Shown here: piece by piece, positions 11,701 through 23,870 of the stretch
Layout of the letters: every line of letters starts with the position of its first letter
Numbering within the stretch: position 1 is the first letter of the stretch
Assembly: GCA_015680685.1 (NCBI GenBank)
Contig: MNCI01003410.1
Span: forward strand, 284,508 to 348,507
Reading direction: 5' to 3'
DNA from: Gnetum montanum
Lineage: Eukaryota > Plantae > Gnetophyta
Length of the DNA: 64,000 bases
Notes under the pieces: generated by a model
Told to the model about the DNA's origin: nothing
The model's database searches: none
What the model saw: only the letters and a program-made list of their open reading frames with translations
Program-made: the position numbers and the translations under genes

Positions 11701-14700
11701 AAGTTCACTAGTCTAGCCATAGCATTAAGCAACTTCACAAGCTTAAGAAAGCTACCTGAGGAAAATGTTCAGGATTACAACCTAAGATTCCTTTACTAGC
11801 TTGCTTATGTGCCAAGTGAGATGTGTCCACAACCTGATGGTATCCTCAACTTTTACCTCTCTACCATTAATCCATTCTTTTCCTATGCCATCAAATTCGA
11901 TCCTAACATAACAAAAATATAGGGAGCGATGGCTAAAGCTATAGAGTTAGAACAAATTACCCTCATAAATAGCATCCAAATCCAATATGGGATGATGAGC
12001 GTTAATAATTCTATGCAATCTAACCTTCTACCCCTACCAACTTTTCAATGATCGATACTATGTTCTAGACTCCTTCCCCCTTTCAATTGACTTAACCTTC
12101 AAACAAGTACTTTCAAGGTTCCACATCTTCTTCATTGCTATCATCCAACACTGGTTTGAATGATGACTAATCAAAAGCCTTAATTCAATCCATCATAAAC
12201 CCAAATAGAATATCTAATCCTGTTGAACCCCTAATTCAAACTCAAAATCAAATGACCTAGATATTAACTTCACTTCAAAAATTTTCAAATGAAGTAGTTG
12301 AATTAAAGTAGAACAACAACAAGGGTCATATACAATTTGAGAAGCCTAGCACATCAATTAATGGTGATTATTGTCGTCTCCATAACACGAGGCAACACTT
12401 TGAGAAAACTTGTCCTCAATTTTTAGCACTATATGGTGACAATGCCTAGAGTCAACAAAATGGGAAACCCCTTGTTATGGTCCTTAATGTGCCTCATGAA
12501 ATAGAAAATGAAGTGGCTTCCTCATTAAAACAAGTTATGGTCAAACCCCAACCCACATAACGCTTGCTACCATAGACTTAGTAACATTATGAACAACACA
12601 CAACAACAAAATAGGAAAGATCCTTATACTTCTCCAAATAGAAGAACTCTTAGTCAAAGCAACATAAATACCTAGATCAGGTCATCCCAAACAAATGCTC
12701 CACAATGATCAAACCTCCTTTCCATACTTAGAAGAACTCCACCTCAACAAAAAACCAAAGATGAACATAAGACTTACGATCTAGTTGAGGATTTGAAGAA
12801 AATTAAAGTTAACATTTCAATGTATGACCTTCTACGGTTTAACGAAGTGATAGATGTGATCCAAGAGATAGTTCATAGATCATAAACTACTAAAAAAATC
12901 CCCAATCCCCAATCCCCAAAAGGCAAGTTCACTTCGTAGAAAGTCCTAACACACTATCAATATAGAATACAAGCAATTCCATGATAAGCAAGAAAGAATA
13001 ACCTCCTTTCCTAACAACTCTGATTATTTTAGGAAAGAATGTTCATAATTGTTTGATGGATTATAGAGCAACCATTAGTGTCATGACTTGAAGTGTCTAA
13101 GACTTTAGGAGCACAAATGATACCACAAATGAAAAGTGTAATACAACTTGATGGGTCTAACATACCTATAGTAGGATCATTAAAAGGGACGAAAGTGCAA
13201 CTTAAATAATACCCTACATTTACATGTTATATGGATATCTTAGTAGTAGACATGTCATCCACTTCTAGTGTTCTCTTATCTAGGACTTTTGGAGCCAAGC
13301 TTGGGGGCTTCTTCAGGTCAAATTTCTTAGAACTATTAATCCCTATTAAAGGAAAATTTGAATATATGGTCATACTAAGAGAGCCTTTCTACGAACAAGT
13401 AGTTACAACCTTTGACCAGCAAAATTGGTCTTTGGAAAATCAAAACATTAATATTTATGTTGGAATTATTGAGGTTGAGTGTGGCGAACATGTTATAATG
13501 ACTATCTGAGTGAAATTACCAAAATAAGTCTTTTTTCTCATACAGATTCCACCCAACCCTATCAAATGTTTAGAGAAGGTGAAGGAATCTATGAAGATAT
13601 CTTACCTCATCATCAACACAATGGAAAAATATTTCTTCTAGATGACTTGCCACTTTTAGGGGAGGACAAAAATATAAATGGGATCCTATCCCCTAAAACA
13701 TTAGAAGGTGTGCCAAATGTTGAAGGCACATCCATTGAACATGTTCCTGAAAAATTGTATTCAATGACTTACAAAGATCTAGACTTGTTAGACCTAAGAT
13801 TGAAACTTATATGAAAGAAGAACTTGATGAACTTCTAGCACCTAATAAAAAATGAACAAGCGAATTAAGATTATGTCTTGATTTTCGTAATCTTAATCAT
13901 CAAAAAATTGTTAAATAATAGCTTGATAAGAAATATGCAGGTAAAGTCTTTAAAATAGGAGATCTAGTCCTAAAAAGAGATAGAGCATCTAATAAAATAG
14001 GTCCTCAAAGTAAGTTCTCACCTATGTGATTAGGCCCATACCAAGTTATAAACATCATTGATTCCAATGTGTACAAAATTGTTGATTTGCAAGGACATAG
14101 GTTACATAGGAATTTTAATGCATTTCATCTGAAGCATTTTTACTCAAGTCCCCCACATGGACACTTGGTATATCCTTAGTTGCATGTTTTTTAGCCCTTC
14201 ACCATGCATTTCATTTGTATATAGTTGCATTTGCATATTTTCTTTGCATTTCCATCACCTCTTTCTTAGTGCATTGGTTTTGATTTTTGCTTTTCAATAT
14301 GATTTTAGTAATCATTATGGTCATTTGAGTTATTGGGCATTTGGTCATCATAACACTAATGATTTATATATCCTACTACTATTACATAAAGTCTCCTTTA
14401 TATTTTATATTTTAATAATGCTATGATTCTTCCTAGTTTTTTTCAAGGTTTTAGTTTTACTAGTTATGTTGAATTATGGAGGATGGAATTTATGCTAACT
14501 TATCATGTAATCATCATGATCATGTGAGTGTAGGATATGTGACGTTGAAGAATGGTTAGCCATAATCACTAGGTGACCTTGGAAAATACTATTTTCCTTT
14601 TTATAAGCCCCAGCCCTAAAGTGTGATGATTCGTGGCTATCTTGTGAGCAACAAGATGAAGTGTGTTCATCTCCACTTGAGAATCCTCAGCCACCCAAGA

Positions 14701-17415
14701 GACCTGCTATGATGCCATCAAATTGTAATTAAAGGCACATACACAAGGCTTTAATTGCATCATGGGCAAAGTTTCAAAAGGACTGTGTTCTATGGCAGTG
14801 CAGCTAATAGGCTAGACTTGTGTTAGAATTTCTACTTTAACAATGAAGTACACCATGAGCAAAGTTTCCTCGAAAAAAAGAAGAAGAAATGAGGACCATG
14901 TTCATTGGTAGTGTAATAAGTTCTTAAGTGTGATAAGGTCCAATAGTAATCCTCACCCTAACCTCCATTTCCCCTTTTGAACCTATTTTCCCAAAATTAT
15001 ATATAAAAAAAAGAAATAAAAAAAGAAAGGCAAATAATCCCTTTTCACCCATCTCTTTTCAAAAAGAAAAAGAAGAATCCCAATAAAAAATCTGAAAGTT
15101 GTGGCTAGCCACGATCTAACATGAGCCAGCCCTCTTCACTAAGTTTAGTATATGTCTTGTGCTCAAAGTAGTCCAAATACCTTTTACTTTTACCTTGTGA
15201 GAAGATTGGTAATGCAATCTTAGTTATATTTTAATTAATTATATATATATATCAATGTAGTTAAAATAATGAATTATATATTTGGATTATAGTTAAATAA
15301 GATGGTGTGGTAAGGGTGGCCCACATCTAGTTCTCTTTTCATTATATGGTTATTTTAATCATGTTTAAATCAGTATAGTTTGCTTTCAAGTTCAATTTGT
15401 CTGTGTTTTATGACATTTTTTTCTTAAGATGTCAATGCTTTTGCTATCTTTGCACTTGCATGCAATTGAAGTTTGGGGGCTAAGTGTTGATACCAACATT
15501 GCCCATGCTAAAGCATAGGGCTACATTTAAACAAGTTTGAACACCATGAAAATTAAACGTCCTACAAGTATGCTAAATCTTGCAATATGATTGAATTGTC
15601 AATAAAATAGGCCTATGGATCCTCATTGGTGTGATAATAATAAACTTGAGATTTGAGTGAAGCTTTGGTAACTTGCTTACATCCTGTGGTTTTTGTGTGC
15701 AAGTTATAGGTGAGATTAGATTCTAAGAGGGGATGTTATGACCTATCTCATTTAGAAGCATGGTAAAAAATATACATTGATATACTTTGGCATTATGTAG
15801 ACATCATGTCATGATAAGTTTTCATTAAAATATTTGCTTATTTTAATGGTATATTATAAGTAAATAGGCAATAGCAATAAGTTATTATTAAATCCTTTTA
15901 AGTACATTAATAATGGTTATAGTAAGTCATTATCAAATCCTTTGCATATGTTAATGATCACCCCATCAAGAAAAGTAAAAATATACTTGTAGACAATTAC
16001 CATGATCAACTATCTTAATGGTTATGGAAATAGGTGGTGTTGTACCATTTCTTGGACGATTTTGGTTCATTTTGAAATTGTTATTATTGTTGACCATAGC
16101 AGTAGCATTTCAACTACAAAACAATTGTAGATTGTTACAAAAATCAATGACAAAGGTGCATGGTTGGGCCTCATCACTATGTACCCTCTAGAAGAACAAG
16201 CTTTCAGGGCTGCCAAAGTCCTTAAACCACAACCCAGATACTTGTTTATGGACTTACTTGGAAGGAGATTTCAAATAGGAATTATCCATGATAGAGAGGT
16301 TATTTATGTCAAATGTGGCGTAGGACTGGTGAATGCGGTAATCAACATAGTGCTAGACATGGTAGGAATTATGTGGCAACATTGGCATTCATGGCAACGG
16401 TGCCAAGTAGTAGTAGCACACGTTAAGGGTGGGCATTTGAATGGTGGGTCTGAGGCAGCAACCAAGGGAAAATAAAAGGGGTCTCCTAGCTCAGAAAGGG
16501 GGATTGGATCTAGGGGCACTAGAGGAGATTGGTGGAGAACTGCAGACAACATCTCTTGGCCTCTCCTATCCCTCTCATCACCAAGGTGCAACCATCAACG
16601 ACTCTCCTCTTTGGGTCGGGGAAACTAGCAAACGACAGTTTCTTCCTATCTTTTGTTGCATTGAAGTGTGTAGCTAGCTGGCGCGACAATAGCAACAAGT
16701 GGCCTAACGACACTAACAGGCACATCAATCCTCCTCTTCTCCCATTCGCTTAATGATGTGTGATAGTGCAGTGAACTAGCGACAATAGTCTCTCCTAGCG
16801 ACGATAGTCTCTCCCAACATGTGCAACGCATGCATATAACAGCTGACGTGTCTACATGGAGAAGTTAACATAGTGACGTTGTAGTGGTGATGGCGAACAC
16901 ATAGGCATTGATAGTAGTGTCAATGGTCTCTCTTGGGTTGGTGGTCTGCCTTGGTGGCGCAATCAATGGCACATGATATTTATTTTATCTTCTTTTTTCC
17001 AAATGGCAGTGGACAATCTTTCTCTCTTGCATTGTAGGGAGCTACGGCAAGTGGGTGGCAGACAGCGAGGTTTTGTCTCTCTTTCTCTCAAACTACTAGT
17101 AGTGGCAGAGAGGTAGCACCTTCCTAACTGCTGCAACGTCTGCAATGGACCAGCGGGACGAACTCACAGTAGTAAGAATCAAGCAAAATTTAAATTTTTT
17201 TTATAGTTAACTATTGTATTAGTCTTGGAATTCAAAACTATTATTCAATTTAAGCTTTCCAACTTTCAATTTAATTTACTTTTTTTTTTGCAACATCACA
17301 TAGCTCTCTCCAACTGAGACTATTCTTGGTTTCCGTACCCATAGGGGAGGCACCCTAAACAATAGTTTCCTCAAACAAGTTTTTTTTCTCCCTATCCAAA
17401 ATTTATGCATCAACG
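8722..17415 (+). mobile_element. Tat/Ogre-like Ty3/gypsy element with internal deletion (LTRs 8722-10700 and 15485-17415)
   Basis: ~1.95-kb direct repeats TGTTG...CAACA/CAACG; TSD GAGGG/GAGGC; PBS TAGTGCTAGAAGGAGTG 10707-10723 (14/17 to tRNA-Asn); PPT TTTGGGGGCTAAG 15472-15484. Confidence 0.9.
11416..14150 (+). pseudogene. Decayed gag-protease with RT stub fused to integrase C-terminus
   Basis: gag DIACRVFVMNSRSKAT*WFLMLP; knuckle YCRLHNTRQHFEKTCP (~12370); protease VHNCLMDYRATISVM (~13040) and MDILVVD...VLLSR; RT start LRLCLDFRNLN (~13865-13897); GPY/F module FKIGDLVL...LGPYQVI...YKIVDLQG...NAFHLKHFY (~13950-14145). Confidence 0.8.
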
Positions 17416-17738
17416 GAGGCCTGTAGAAGCAATTTTCTAGCCTGCACCTCCAATCAATTCACCTCTTCAAATAAATCCTTACACTGGAACTACTGGGCTA
17501 TCCCGTAAATTTTAGAAGAACTCTTTATTAAGATACAACCCGTAGATTAGGTCCACTTCTTTTGCATGAAGGGACCCAAACTGGTCAAGAGAATTGAAAA
17601 AATGAAGTGGGGTATCAAAAGATGGGACATGGGTAAGAGAAGGATCAAGTGAAAGAAACCTCCAACCAGCTTCCTCAGACTCTGAAAACCCCCTCCCCCT
17701 TATTGATTGTGGGGAAGGTTCTATCAGTTCTGATTTTT
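17416..17738 (-). pseudogene. Middle piece of a decayed coding exon interrupted by two LTR elements (other pieces 23756-23816 and ~8680-8721)
   Basis: The frame is continuous across both insertion sites when one TSD copy is kept. Product not recognised. Confidence 0.4.
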
Positions 17739-20700
17739 TGTAACAATGTTGCCGCGACGTTGTCCGGCACCCTAAGGAATTCACGAAGATCCAATGGATC
17801 TGGGGCGAAAGACCTAGGGAATACGCCTCAAGCAAGCAAGCATCTCACGAGTGAGTGCAAGCAAAAGCATAGCTTCTTAACGTACATGACCACGCACCTC
17901 ATGGAGGGTAAACAACTCCAAAACGAGGACCAAGCAAACAAGCACACACACAACCTTGTAGACAACATCGATGAGAGGGGAGACGATGCACCTACAAGTG
18001 AAGGTGCCTCACCCCCAGATCCCTCACAATTTGGTACAAAGTATGGCTTGGCACCACACCAAAACTATTCAGTCTTGGCTACCTACATATCTACGACCAC
18101 CGTAGAATCAGGGCCATGTAGTTCTCCACAGAGAAGAGGGAAGGAAGAGGACTTAGAGAAGAGAGTTGCAACAGGAGGATGTCCTGCTGCTAGCTTGGTA
18201 CCACCAAGTCTAGGTGGGTTTTGTAACACTTGAGAACCACCTGAGGGTGCCTCAGAGTGTTCCATGGCCCCGGAACCATGGGGAGAGCCCAAGAGAACCA
18301 CCATCTGGGACATCTCTCACAATCCTCCCCCACACAAAGAAGCAACATCCTCGGAGCAGAGCCTAGGATAGCTTCGAGTGTATACTTCTACATGGGTTCG
18401 AAACTCCATCAATTCTGGGGATCCATCAACTCCTTAGACGCTAGGCTTGAAGGAAGGTACCAACCCCAACACCTGATACGTCCTTCCATCCAATGCCTTG
18501 CATGAAATGCAAGGGCAATTGAAGGAAGCCCAAGACTTCCCTTCTCTATATGAGCAAGAGAGTCCAACCCAAAGGGCCAACGTCTCTAAGGCATCCCCTA
18601 GATCCGTCCCTTCTGAGGATCTAGAGACATATCTTCTTGCGTAAACCCATACTTATGCAAGAAGACAGCTCCTCTTCCATAAGTCCCACTGAGTTCCTCT
18701 GTGAATGGCATCTCAGCACCCATTGATTTTTTTTGAGGGCTCACCAGGGCCACTACCCATGGTGAGGGACTTGGGAACATCACACCGAGAGGGAGGACAT
18801 GCTCCGAAGAGCCATGTCTCCGCAAGCAACTCATGCTTGCCAGAACTCCATGTTCTGCTACTCGCATCAAGATCAAAACTCCATGTTCTGCCACTCGCAT
18901 CGAGACCCATGGGGTCTCACCAGTGCAACCCTCTAAGCACTGATTCCACATGCATTGATACCATGCGCATTCTCTTTTTCTCATCATGTTTGTTCAAGCT
19001 GGTATGAATGGAGTCAAGCATGTTCTCCCATACAAACAAGGTACAAGGACAAATCTTTTGAGCTTGACCTTGCCATTTGCAGACACCAACATCACATGCC
19101 TCAATTCATCATTCATCATTCCAACAAGAGAGAAGATCCAAAAATCTATTTGGGAACTTCTCCAAGAGGCTAACATACAACAAGCCCCAACTATCAGCAA
19201 CACCTCTTATGATTGTCCAACATCGAGAATGCCTGCTCAAATGTTAGAATAAGGGAGGGTCAATTTAGCAGCCAACCCCATGACAATCCTCCATCACCTA
19301 TCTCATATTAGTCATAAGCACACCATCGAATGCAACCATAATATCCCGTTCATGGAGAAGGATCACCCACATTTTCCACATGCAAGATATCCATCAACTC
19401 CAAGTTATGGGACAAGCACCATTATCTGAACACAAGGTCCAGGAACGAATATATAGTCACCTCAAAGAGTAACCAGTTCATAAATTCTCCGAGGAACATC
19501 AACATTCTCAGAATTTGCATTTCCCCACTATCTCAAGAACGATTGCCAGTCTCGCAATCAACACCTTTCAATAGATTTTGCACTTGCAGAAGGGATCCTT
19601 TTTAGGAGGTTTCTTCCATAGGGAAGTATAGCAGCCCAGCTACACCTTACCCATCATACAAACCCAAGTAGTCAATATAGCCAATAGAACCATATCTAGA
19701 ACTGTCACCAACTGAGGGAAGACATGGGTTCACAAGTCTTACCCAAATTCAATTTTCACCTTGAGAACAACTCGAGACGCCAAGCATTTTTGTTTCGTCT
19801 TGGGAGATCTGGGTTTTGTTTCATACATCCCAGTCAAGCCCATTTACATCAATTTGTGGTGGACAAGNACGAGAGTACACAAGACCATGCCTTACTTACA
19901 TGAAGAGAAATATGTATCTTTAATTTACATCAATAACACAACCTCACAAAGGAGGTTTCATGAATTTCACCAGGGTAACAACATCCTGTCTCTAAGAATA
20001 AGCCCCACGAGTTCATGAACATGGGATCACTGCTAAGAACAAGTCCAAAACATCAACTGCTCATAGGAGACAACCGTCTCAATACCATCTGCCTTATTAT
20101 GTCAAGAACTGAAGAGGGCATCCATTGAAATGGAGGATGATCCCTCATGATCAACTCTGTTATCCCACCAGGCAGGTGAAAACACCAACATGAATTAACC
20201 TCACACCAGAGACATGGGACAATACATTCGGGAGGGACTGCGTGATACATTAATGTACATAAGGGATAGGAGTACATAGGAAAATTCAGCAAGACACCAT
20301 AGCCTATTAGGCACAACGAGTCCCCAATCACGGAATCACACCATAGACAACAAACGCACCAATAAATCCCAATCTATAAGAGCGCATCATAGCTCTCCAA
20401 AGCACCAAAGGAAATTAGTCACGAGAGCCCACCAACATGCACAAATCATTAGAAACCCCCAATCATGAGAGCATTGGCTCAAATGTTTCGAGCACATTCA
20501 AGCCCACCAAGCAAGGCCACCAAGAGAAATCACAATTTCTGTATCTGTAACGTCATATATTTAAGGATGGACCACCATCCCAACGTTTGGACAGCTGCTC
20601 CTCGATTGCTTCCAACATGGAAGAGCAAGTCTAGGTGCCAATACCTAGAACTCAACTCAAATCCACCGCTAGACATCACGTTGATCTGAATTTCAGTCAT

Positions 20701-23700
20701 CATCGATCATCTGTGGATAGATCTTTGCCAGTCCAAGAACACAAGAGAATGTGTTCCCAAGATTTGTCCTATCTCAAGGACGTTCACCAAGCACATACCA
20801 TCCAGGCATGCCAACATCATCAAGCACACATGGCACCAGTTCAAGAGCATAATGGGCAAGGACATGCCCTGGTCCATTCATTAAAACACCGTATCACAAC
20901 TGAAGCATTTCTCATGAGGTTTTCAGCAAAATTATACCTCAAGGCACAAAGGCCATTTACAACATATAGCAAGGGTGCTCTAAAACAAGCACCAGGAAAA
21001 CACCATACATTAAGCTTGGCCTTGTCACAGTGTGTGGCATAGGCCTACAACCAGAAGACAACTGAGTCACATAGGCAATACATCTAGCACTTCTGTGTGC
21101 GTACAACTGGATCGAGAATATCACAAGGATACCTTTCACACATCCAAGGATTAGATTACATTCATATATGGGAACATACATAGTATTTGGAGATGCTACC
21201 CAAGCCTAAAAGGCTATAGGACAAACTACCCAAGCCCATCCTAGGATTTAGGCCACCAAGAGCATACCATGAAGAACCATGTTGTTTAGAGAAAAACCTG
21301 TCTCTGTCACGAAGCATATAAGAACATCTGTCATTGCAGCACTGTCCCAAAAGATACATGATCTACTGTCACACTAAACCAACTGCACGAGTAACCTCGA
21401 ACGAAAATGATTCGAGACACGAACGCAACGATGGAATAACAAAACACACCAACTGAGTATCCACCATCCTGCCATAGTGGGACCTCATTGCATTGGCCAC
21501 TCCTGGGCCATCAGTATCTGGCATGGCCAAGGATACCATTTCATGCCATCTGCTAGCCCAATATCTATAGGGTCTAGGATAGATCACCATCCTCTGTTAG
21601 TGCTCCCCCAGCACTAAGAGGCAAACAAATCATGATGTACCTACTGATCCATCACAGCNNNNNNNNNNNNNNNNNNNNNNNNNNNNNNNNNNNNNNNNNN
21701 NNNNNNNNNNNNNNNNNNNNNNNNNNNNNNNNNNNNNNNNNNNNNNNNNNNNNNNNNNNNNNNNNNNNNNNNNNNNNNNNNNNNNNNNNNNNNNNNNNNN
21801 NNNNNNNNNNNNNNNNNNNNNNNNNNNNNNNNNNNNNNNNNNNNNNNNNNNNNNNNNNNNNNNNNNNNNNNNNNNNNNNNNNNNNNNNNNNNNNNNNNNN
21901 NNNNNNNNNNNNNNNNNNNNNNNNNNNNNNNNNNNNNNNNNNNNNNNNNNNNNNNNNNNNNNNNNNNNNNNNNNNNNNNNNNNNNNNNNNNNNNNNNNNN
22001 NNNNNNNNNNNNNTCAACTCAACCCAAAAATAAGGAGGAAGACCAAGGTCTATCCAACAACAAATCTACATCAAACCAATTCTCGCAACAACGAGCAACA
22101 TCACGGAGGATGTGTTCACAGGAAAACTTTCATCAAACAAGGTGAGGTCTCAACAAGAACCAACAATAGGATGACCCACACCAATAGTCTTTGAATCAAA
22201 GTGACCAAGAAATGTCACCAATCAAAATAGTGATGCCACAGGCCCAAGGGCAACACAACCAGCTCAACAAGGAGCACAACTTGCAAGGATCAACAATAAG
22301 GGTAATCATGCCTCATGCATAATAAGTTGTCAAACAAGACAACAATCATTTGGCTTTGGGATGACACAAATAACCACTGCATCCTCAACGTTCCCAACAA
22401 TAAGTCATCATACCACGTAAAACATTAAGCCTTGCATTACGAACGATAGACACGACCAAGATAACATGCATGCAGAATTTGAAGCGCAACTAAGGAGACA
22501 CACATACACAAATAGACAAACATACAATCGCAAGCACGAACATACGAAGTCTACCGGCAATAGTCTTAGTCGACCCAGAACAAGGCTCCCCAAGAGCACA
22601 TGCCTGAAAGACCTCCATCCTGAGGTACCTGGGAACCGTCTTGTCCCATTTTGTATTTTCCCATACTCTCACTGTATCTAGGGTGAGTGGGAGTGCCAAG
22701 GATATCATATCCTGCACGATTCAACAAATGCCATCTCGAAACATGTCATCTGGGTGGAAACCGAAGCGGAGACTGGGTTCAATTCATCCCAGATGAATCA
22801 CTAGAGACCTGAGATGGGAGCTCCTTGAGCAACAAAATTCTTGAGTTGCCAATAGAATTCCTCTCAATCATATCGCATACAATCACAACTAGTCCAACCA
22901 CAAGTAAACAAGTGGAGGACATCACCACAACGCAATCATTTATATCCTGACGGAGAGCAACATACATCTATTGCTCTCAACTGAACATCTATCCCCTCAT
23001 GAAGAGTGTAGAACATTGCTATCAGGCTACTCTTCAAAGTACATAAGGATATGAACCTAGATCACCTAGGTATCAATCCGAAGGGACCATTAACCAAATA
23101 AGCTCAATGGAGTAACAAAACCAAAGAGCACAACCATATCACAACACAATTTCAATCACGCTCTGATACCATCTATAACAACGTTGCCCCAATGTTGTCC
23201 GGCACCCCAAGGAATTCACAAAGATCCAATGGATCTGGGGCAAAAGACCTGGGGAATACGCCTCAAGCAAGCAAGCATCTCACGAGTGAGTGCAAGCAAA
23301 AGCATAGCTTCTTAACGTACATGACCACGCACCTTATGGAGGGTAAACAATTCCAAAACGAGGACCAAGCAAACAAGCACACATACAACCTTGTAGACAA
23401 CATCAATGAGAGGGGAGACGACGCACCTACAAGGGAAGGTGCCTCACCCCCAGATCCCTCACGATCTGGTACAAAGTGTGGCTTGGCACCGCACCAAAAC
23501 TATTCAGTCTTGGCTGCCTACATATCTACGACCACCGTAGAATCAGGGCCATGTAGTTCTCCATAGAGAAGAAGGAAGAAAGAGAACTTAGAGAAGAGAG
23601 TTGCAACAGGAGGATGTCCTGCTGCTAGCTTGGTACCACCAAGTCGAGGTGGGTTTTGTAACACTTAAGAGCCACCCAAGGGCGCCTCTAAGTGTTCCAT

Positions 23701-23755
23701 GGCCCTGAACCATGGGGAGAGCCCAAGAGAACCACCATCTGGGACATCTCTCACA
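17739..23755 (-). mobile_element. Chromovirus-like Ty3/gypsy element, heavily decayed interior (LTRs 17739-18321 and 23174-23755)
   Basis: ~583-bp direct repeats, ~94% identical by manual count; PBS TGGTATCAGAGC (tRNA-iMet) 23160-23171; PPT GTGTGGGGGAGGAT 18322-18335; TSD TTTTT/TTTTC; faint RT (~20.6-20.8 kb), RNaseH (~20.1-20.4 kb) and integrase (~19.1-19.5 kb) remnants in gypsy order. Confidence 0.85.
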
Positions 23756-23810
23756 TTTTCCCTCCCTTTCCTCTTCTACCGCCTCATCTTTTTCCGATTC
23801 CCCTCTGGTT

Positions 23811-23870
23811 GAAACCTGCACACCAAACCCATGAAAGTGAAACCTGCACACCAAACCCATGAAAGTGAAA
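23811..23870. repeat. 28-bp tandem duplication (x2) covering a putative minus-strand splice acceptor
   Basis: GAAACCTGCACACCAAACCCATGAAAGT twice. Confidence 0.85.

Noticed and set aside
17649-18233. 194-aa ORF (and 23192-23566)
   Set aside because: Antisense ORF inside the LTRs, broken in the second LTR, with no recognisable domain.
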